Positions 58,491 through 64,000 of a stretch of 64,000 nt of DNA are shown piece by piece. The number at the start of each line of letters is the position of its first letter. The stretch's first letter is position 1. The notes below the pieces were generated by a model. The model did not search any database. It saw only the letters and a program-made list of their open reading frames with translations, and had not been told where the DNA came from. The translations under genes were made by a program, and so were the position numbers. Source of the stretch: Spirochaetia bacterium (lineage in GTDB: Bacteria; Spirochaetota; Spirochaetia; SZUA-6; Bin103). The stretch lies in assembly GCA_965215345.1 (NCBI GenBank), contig CBDCDL010000001.1, forward strand, positions 580,328-644,327, read 5' to 3'.

Positions 58491-59999
58491 CTAACAGGAC
58501 AGCCCATACAGCCGGGCGTCGCCTCGCAGGCGCACCCGGATCAGCAATGCCCGGCCTACCCGCGGCTGGCGCCGGGCGGCGCCGACGATCGCCGACACAT
58601 CGCTTCGTCCGCCCCAGCTCACCACCTGATCCAGGCCGTCGCCGGAGATCGGGTCGCACTCGCCGACGGTGAAACCCGGCACCGTGTCCCCGCTTTGACA
58701 GTCCGCCAGCTCGACGGCGATCGCGCCGCGGCGGGCGTCGGCATTGATCCGCAGCTCGGGGCGGGCGAAGGCGATCAGCGAGGAGGTCAGCGTCCCTTCC
58801 GATCCGCCGGCAGGAGCCAGCGCCAGCCAGCGGTCGCGGCGCAGCTTCACCAGCCCGAACGCCGACCGGGTAACGCGCGTGCCGTCGGTGGTGGGCTCGC
58901 CCCAGATGTGGCCGGCGTTCTTGCCGTAGTAGAAGATGAACACGTCGTCGCCCACGACCTGCGGATTGAACGGGATGATGCAGCCGTCGTCCCAGGCCAG
59001 CGGCCGCCGCGGGCGGATGAACGGCTCGCGGTCGACCCGGGTCCACTGCCGCGCGTCGCGGGAGTAGACGAGTTGCGGCACCACCGACATGACGCCGCGG
59101 TCCTGCCGCAGCACGGCCGAGGCGCCGAGCAACCCCACGAAAGTGCCGTCGGATGCGGCGACCGTGGAGAGCTGGTCGAACTGCGTGCCCGGCGGGTCGT
59201 CCTCGTCCGGGGCCAGCACGCACTCCGGAAAGGTCCAGTCGTCGAAGTCGGCCGAGAAGCTGACGCCGATGACCCGGTGCTTGGGCATGATGCGCGGCCG
59301 CTGCCAGAGCACCCACCGCCGGGTCGCAGGATCCCAGCCGTGCAGGATCGTGTTGTCGGTGATCAGGGCGCCCGATCCCGCCCAGCCCGGCCGCTGGCGC
59401 CACGTCAGCCCGTCGGCCGAATAGGCGACGTACACCCCGCATGCCAGGTGCCGGCCGTGGGTGCGGTACCACTCGTCCTCTCCCTCGGGGCCGGTCCAGG
59501 TCAGCTCGCCGGGCCGTAGCGGATGGCGGTCCAGGCCGATCGCCTTGTAGCGCCGCGCGGGATCGGGATCGTGTGGATCCTTGGCGACGCTCCACAGCAC
59601 CGCGGCCGACTCGCCGACTCCCTCCAGGCGCAGCAAGTTGTTATCGGTCGAGCCATCGTAACGGGTCAGTCCCAGGTTGGGCCGTTCCCAGCGCATCCCG
59701 TCGCGGCTCTCGGCATAGGCCCAGCGCCGCTTCGCCCCGACCGGTACGTCGGGCAGCGCCGGATCGTAGGCGGGATACCAGCACTTGAACCGCGACTCCT
59801 CCGCGTCCCAGAGCACGCAGTTGCGGCCGATGAGCCCGAGTCCTTCCCACGGCTCCTCCGGTTCCAGCACCGGACCGTCGGCCACGTGCTCGACGACGCC
59901 GGTCACGCGTCGCAGGCCGTCCAGTCGGCCGACGTGCAGGTCGTCGAGAAAGAGATAGGTGCGCGGCGGGTAGACGCCCGTGTCGTGAGCCCGTTCCAC
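58491..59999 (-). CDS. hypothetical five-bladed beta-propeller glycosidase-like protein (GH32/43/130-like)
   Basis: GGAG then GTG 59999; YLFLDD, PVLEPEEPWEG, YAESRDGMRWERPNLG, YSRDARQW, LRRDRW. Confidence 0.65.
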   Translation of the reverse strand: MERAHDTGVYPPRTYLFLDDLHVGRLDGLRRVTGVVEHVADGPVLEPEEPWEGLGLIGRNCVLWDAEESRFKCWYPAYDPALPDVPVGAKRRWAYAESRDGMRWERPNLGLTRYDGSTDNNLLRLEGVGESAAVLWSVAKDPHDPDPARRYKAIGLDRHPLRPGELTWTGPEGEDEWYRTHGRHLACGVYVAYSADGLTWRQRPGWAGSGALITDNTILHGWDPATRRWVLWQRPRIMPKHRVIGVSFSADFDDWTFPECVLAPDEDDPPGTQFDQLSTVAASDGTFVGLLGASAVLRQDRGVMSVVPQLVYSRDARQWTRVDREPFIRPRRPLAWDDGCIIPFNPQVVGDDVFIFYYGKNAGHIWGEPTTDGTRVTRSAFGLVKLRRDRWLALAPAGGSEGTLTSSLIAFARPELRINADARRGAIAVELADCQSGDTVPGFTVGECDPISGDGLDQVVSWGGRSDVSAIVGAARRQPRVGRALLIRVRLRGDARLYGLSC

Positions 60000-60048
60000 G
60001 CCGGTCTCCTGTACTATACTGCTACCCGTCCCCGATGACTGCCATGAC

Positions 60049-61840
60049 CCCGGCTTATTCACGCGTCGGTCTGACAAGCCATGCCTGGAGATAGAAGAAC
60101 GATTATTCCAGAAATGGGTGTGCTGGCGCAGCCGTGCAGGAGTGACGGCGCGGCTGGGAGCAGATGGCCAAGAGCGCGTGCAGCGTTGAAAGGGCGCGGT
60201 TGGTCGGGACCGAAAGGCTGACGGCCGTCGAGCACGCCGGCGAGGACACAGATGACCGCGCCCAGGTGCTCGACGAAGAGGTTCTGAACGTGCCGGCCTG
60301 TCGGCCTCAGCCGTTGGGCGCCCAGTCCAGGAGGGTGAGCTTGTTCCACAGCCGCAGCCAGTCGGCCGCCGCATGCTGCGCGATCACGACGGTCGCCCGC
60401 CGGCCGTGGCGGACCACCCGGCTGGCCACCCGCAGCACCCGCTCGCGCAGCCGGCGCAAACTCCAGCCGACGCCGGTCGCCCGCTGCATCAGACAGCGCC
60501 CCGCGTGCAGCACCTCGTAGGCCAGCAGATTCAACAGCAACAGCGTCTCGTTCTGGGCCCGCACTCCTGCTTCTTGCGGCTCGGTGGCCGCCTCCAGGCA
60601 GCGGCCCCGGTAGTGGCTCTTCGCACGCGGCGCCGAGGACAGCGCCGGCGCCAGCACGTCCATGAACTCTCCCATGTGCCCTTCGGCCTTGCCCCGCATG
60701 CGGTACAGCCCCAACAGCCGCGCGCCGCTGTAGCGGTTGCGTTTGAGGTTGGTGATCAGCCAGAAGTAGTCGAGGAACAACTCTCCGGGCCGCTCCACCA
60801 CCACCAGCACCACCCGCCGCGCGTGCTCCCAGGAATCGGCCTGGTAGCGCAGCTCGTGGCACCACACCCGCCCCTCGCGCGGCGGACGCCCCGGCGGCCG
60901 GCGCAGATACGGCTGCGCCATGCGGTCCAGCACCGCGTTGTTGCGGATGCGCGCCACGTAGTCGATGCCTGATGACTCCAGGCCCGTGAGCGTTTTTCCA
61001 TCGGGAAACCCGGCGTCCATACGCACCAGCACCGACTCGCACACCCGCGGCCGGCAGCGCTCGACCACCCGCTGGATAAACTCAAGCGCGCCGTCGGCCG
61101 AGCCCACCGCGCCAGGCCGCAGCGTGCCGTCGAGCAGGTCGCCGCTCTCCGCGCAACTGGCGATGAGCGCATGAAACATCCGCTGCCCGTAGTGGCCGTT
61201 GTACTGGCTGCCGGCCTGCTGCCCGTGCACCTCGAACGGCAGGCCGTCCAGGTCGATCATCAACCGCTTGTACCGCCGCTCCCCGTTGTCCTTCCACAGC
61301 CGGCGCACCGCCAGCTCGATGATCCCCTCACGCACCACATCCTGGTTGGTCGGCGCGCTCAACAGACCCACCAACCGCGACAACGTCGGCTGCGAGGGCA
61401 GCACGCTGTCGGGCTCCAACGCCGCGGTGCCGCGGCGCGTGTCGTTGGCCACGCGAAAGCTCGGGTCGTGCCGCAGCCGGTCAGCGTCGTCCTGGTCGCG
61501 CCAGCCCTGGCCCAGCAGCAACAGGCTGGTCCGCAGCACGTCGGCCAGCGGGTAGGTGATCAGCAGCGGATTGCGCGGATCCAGCAGCCGCTCGTCCATC
61601 CACTCGACGATGCCGGTGCGCTCCATGATCTCGCGCAGCAGCAACGCGCCGCTGTCGGCGCTCAGATGCTCCGCCCGCGCCTCGACCTGCACCGAGCCGT
61701 TGAAGGTCGTCGAAAAGATCGGTAGAGTCTCACCCACGGCGTGTCCCGTCCTTTGCGGAGGTTTTGGCGTAACACCTTGACTCTACTGCAAATCGGCGGA
61801 CGCGCCTACTCTTTCTCTACTCCTCCGTGAATAAGCCGGG
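60049..61840 (-). mobile_element. IS1380-family insertion sequence, 1792 bp
   Basis: Perfect 15-bp terminal inverted repeats CCCGGCTTATTCACG (60049-60063) and CGTGAATAAGCCGGG (61826-61840); 5-bp target duplication ATGAC at 60044-60048 and 61841-61845. Confidence 0.93.
60307..61737 (-). CDS. IS1380-family DDE transposase
   Basis: LSADSGALLL, SQPTLSR, IDLD, YNGHY, LRPG, VRMDAGF, YRMRGKAE. Confidence 0.92.
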   Translation of the reverse strand: MGETLPIFSTTFNGSVQVEARAEHLSADSGALLLREIMERTGIVEWMDERLLDPRNPLLITYPLADVLRTSLLLLGQGWRDQDDADRLRHDPSFRVANDTRRGTAALEPDSVLPSQPTLSRLVGLLSAPTNQDVVREGIIELAVRRLWKDNGERRYKRLMIDLDGLPFEVHGQQAGSQYNGHYGQRMFHALIASCAESGDLLDGTLRPGAVGSADGALEFIQRVVERCRPRVCESVLVRMDAGFPDGKTLTGLESSGIDYVARIRNNAVLDRMAQPYLRRPPGRPPREGRVWCHELRYQADSWEHARRVVLVVVERPGELFLDYFWLITNLKRNRYSGARLLGLYRMRGKAEGHMGEFMDVLAPALSSAPRAKSHYRGRCLEAATEPQEAGVRAQNETLLLLNLLAYEVLHAGRCLMQRATGVGWSLRRLRERVLRVASRVVRHGRRATVVIAQHAAADWLRLWNKLTLLDWAPNG

Positions 61841-62458
61841 ATGACGCGAGCGACATCCGCATCGACCTCCCAGGACGCGCTGAACGCTCTCTTGTGCAAC
61901 GCCATGCCGCCCCAGGGCTCTTGGAGCGACGAGCAATACCTGTGGCTCACGGATCGAACCCGCCGCTTGGTCGAGTTCACCGACGGCCGCATCGAGGAAC
62001 TGCCTGTGCCCACCGCCACGCACCAAGCCATCATTCTCTTCCTTCTTGACCTCTTCAAGCAGTATCTCGGGCCTCGCGGCGGGTTCGTCCTGTTCGCGGG
62101 GTTGCGCGTGCGCATGCGCGAGGGCAAGTTCCGCGAACCCGACGTGGTGGCGCTCCGCGACCGCTCCGACCCCCGGAACCAGGACCGCTTCTGGCTGGGC
62201 GCGGATCTGGTGGTGGAGGTCGTCAGCCCGGACGACCCGGATCGGGATCTCGTCGTCAAGCGCGCCGATTACGCCGAGGTCGCCATCCCCGAGTACTGGA
62301 TCGTCGATCCTCGCTTCGAAACCGTCACCGTGCTCACACTCGCCGGAAGCGCCTACGTCGAACATGGTGTGTTCGCGCGCGGGGACACGGCGACCTCGCC
62401 GCTGTTGGATGGCTTGACCCTGGCCGTGACCGCCCTGTTCGACTACGCAACGGGATGA
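61841..62458 (+). CDS. Uma2-family putative endonuclease (copy 2)
   Basis: Roughly 80% identical by eye to 51476-52081; its ATG is the IS target duplication. Confidence 0.88.
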   Translation: MTRATSASTSQDALNALLCNAMPPQGSWSDEQYLWLTDRTRRLVEFTDGRIEELPVPTATHQAIILFLLDLFKQYLGPRGGFVLFAGLRVRMREGKFREPDVVALRDRSDPRNQDRFWLGADLVVEVVSPDDPDRDLVVKRADYAEVAIPEYWIVDPRFETVTVLTLAGSAYVEHGVFARGDTATSPLLDGLTLAVTALFDYATG

Positions 62459-62483
62459 CGGAGCCGGGAAACGGGCCTCCTGA

Positions 62484-62693
62484 TCAGGCGGGCTCCTTGA
62501 GGGCGGTCAGGCTCTCCACATGCGCGCGTACGGCATGGCTGGGCGCGGCGGCGGATGTCACCGGCACCACGGCGCAAGCGCTGCAGAGGCGATCGGGGCC
62601 ACGGTTGGCTGCGACGCCGGGCGGAATCGTCAGGGCGCGTCCGCAGTGGGGACACCGTGCGGGGGGGCCGGTGCCGGTCGCTTTGTCAGTCAT
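62484..62693 (-). CDS. small putative Zn-ribbon protein (69 aa)
   Basis: GGAGG 9 nt before ATG; CPHC-x19-CSAC. Confidence 0.45.
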   Translation of the reverse strand: MTDKATGTGPPARCPHCGRALTIPPGVAANRGPDRLCSACAVVPVTSAAAPSHAVRAHVESLTALKEPA

Positions 62694-62768
62694 GATTCGC
62701 TGCCTCCGTCGGAAATATACGCACAAGAGGCGCACGGTGGCAGACCGTCGTGACGCGGGAGGCTGTTG

Positions 62769-64000
62769 ATGGCAAAGGGTGACGTTCTTCCTTCCGAGAA
62801 GCGGGAATACCGCGAGCCGGCGACCGGCGTGAAGGTGGTGCAGCTCACCGACGCGCCGTCCCACAACGTGCACCCGTACTACAACCAGCAAGGGTTCGTG
62901 GGCGGCTCCGAACGGTTCGTGTTCTCCTCCAACCGGTCGGGCAAGGGGCAGATCTACTCGGTGGAGACCGGCTCCGGCAAGATCGTGCAGCTCACCGACT
63001 CCGAGGAGCCTCCGGTGCTGGCCGGCATCGAGAATCGGCCCGGAGGGGGAGCGGGCTCGGGCGGCCTCACCTGCGACCCGGTGCGCGGGCGCATCTACTA
63101 CAGCCGCGGGCAGCGCGTCTGCCGCCTGGACATCGAGACCCTGCGCGAGGAGGTCGTGGCCGAATCGCCGCCCGGATGCGGCGACCTGGGCGGTCCCGAC
63201 CTGTCGGGCTGCGGGCGCTACCTGGTGCTGGGCTGCCGGCCGGAGGGCGCGTCGACGTGGCCGTCGCGGAACGAGAACCGTTACCGGCACGGCAGCGAGA
63301 CGCTGGTGGTGCTGTGCGACCTGCAGGAGGGGCGGCAGGCGGTCGTCTACCACGGCCCGAGCGCGGAGAATCGCGCCGCGGCCGACAGCCACCTGTTCAT
63401 CTGCCGGGGCGACCCGTCCTACCTGTTCTTCGGCAGCTACACCCGCACGCAGCCCACCGGGCTGAAGACCATGTGGTTCATGCGCGTCGACCTTGAGCGG
63501 CTGGTGCCGCTTGCCGACCCGCTGCCGATCTTCGCGCAGCAACCGTTCGAGATGGTCAACCACTACTACCCGGCGCCGAACAACCATGTCGAATCGTTGC
63601 TGTTCACCTACACGCAGCATGACCGCGACGGCGTCCCGGTAAGCCCCGTGCGGCGCGCGGAGATGATCGACGTCGATCTGGTCAACCGCGTCGACCGCCG
63701 CTGGGTCTTCCCCGGCCGCGAGCCCATCCACTTCAAGTGCAACTCGAAGGCCGACCTCTGGGTGGGTGACGCCGCCGACCCCGGCCCCTTCTGGTTCGAG
63801 GGACGGGGCGACCTGGAGCGCTTCGTGGATGAAGGGGAAGGGGAGGCAGCCGAGGGGCCTCTCTCGTCGGCGCGCCGCGATCCACAGGCGATCGGGCCGG
63901 AAGGCTACCGGTGGCCGGAGGCGCACCGCTGGATCGGCATGTTCCGCAAGCGGGGACCGTTCATTGAGATGCGGCCGCTGGCGCGCCACGACACGGTGTG
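62769..64000 (+). CDS. oligogalacturonate lyase-like beta-propeller protein, runs off the window edge
   Basis: Not in ORF track; GGAGG then MAKGDVLPSEKREYREPATGVKVVQLTDAPSHNVHPYYNQQGF...FSSNRSG. Confidence 0.7.
   Translation, partial: MAKGDVLPSEKREYREPATGVKVVQLTDAPSHNVHPYYNQQGFVGGSERFVFSSNRSGKGQIYSVETGSGKIVQLTDSEEPPVLAGIENRPGGGAGSGGLTCDPVRGRIYYSRGQRVCRLDIETLREEVVAESPPGCGDLGGPDLSGCGRYLVLGCRPEGASTWPSRNENRYRHGSETLVVLCDLQEGRQAVVYHGPSAENRAAADSHLFICRGDPSYLFFGSYTRTQPTGLKTMWFMRVDLERLVPLADPLPIFAQQPFEMVNHYYPAPNNHVESLLFTYTQHDRDGVPVSPVRRAEMIDVDLVNRVDRRWVFPGREPIHFKCNSKADLWVGDAADPGPFWFEGRGDLERFVDEGEGEAAEGPLSSARRDPQAIGPEGYRWPEAHRWIGMFRKRGPFIEMRPLARHDTV

Noticed and set aside
58491-60374. 627-aa ORF extending into the IS
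   Set aside because: The extension reads through the IS end by chance; RBS and GTG at 59999 mark the likely start

Overview
High-GC bacterial chromosomal window, probably a Spirochaetota (Spirochaetaceae-like) host- or sponge-associated genome. This is an inference from comEC-rsmA adjacency, a plant-type TyrA, a spirochaete-style solute-binding-protein leader, a secreted ankyrin protein and many sulfatase/PhyH/TA genes. A housekeeping block (fabZ, SPT-like AOS enzyme, tlpA, comEC, rsmA, tyrA, bactofilin, tRNA-Lys; typA lies further on) is followed by catabolic and transport genes: two sulfatases, TPP enzyme, Zn-ADH, Ldh_2, DHDPS-like aldolase, FG-GAP, Rieske, PhyH, three GHL10-like proteins, a BNR protein, two ABC systems and an Ogl-like lyase. 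Gaps between operons contain toxin-antitoxin and defence remnants, plus one intact mazEF. Best candidate for an undescribed system: a translationally coupled two-gene operon (AAA_14-wHTH-DUF4143 followed by a 1320-aa NACHT NTPase with a C-terminal PD-(D/E)xK-like domain), preceded by a 24-bp palindromic operator, next to one Uma2 gene and bracketed by a second. Also notable: an intact IS1380 inserted exactly on a start codon, an SPT-like gene coupled to fabZ, short tandem duplications clustered at start and stop codons, and frequent leaderless-type -10 boxes. All family assignments come from motif recognition by eye; no database searches were run.
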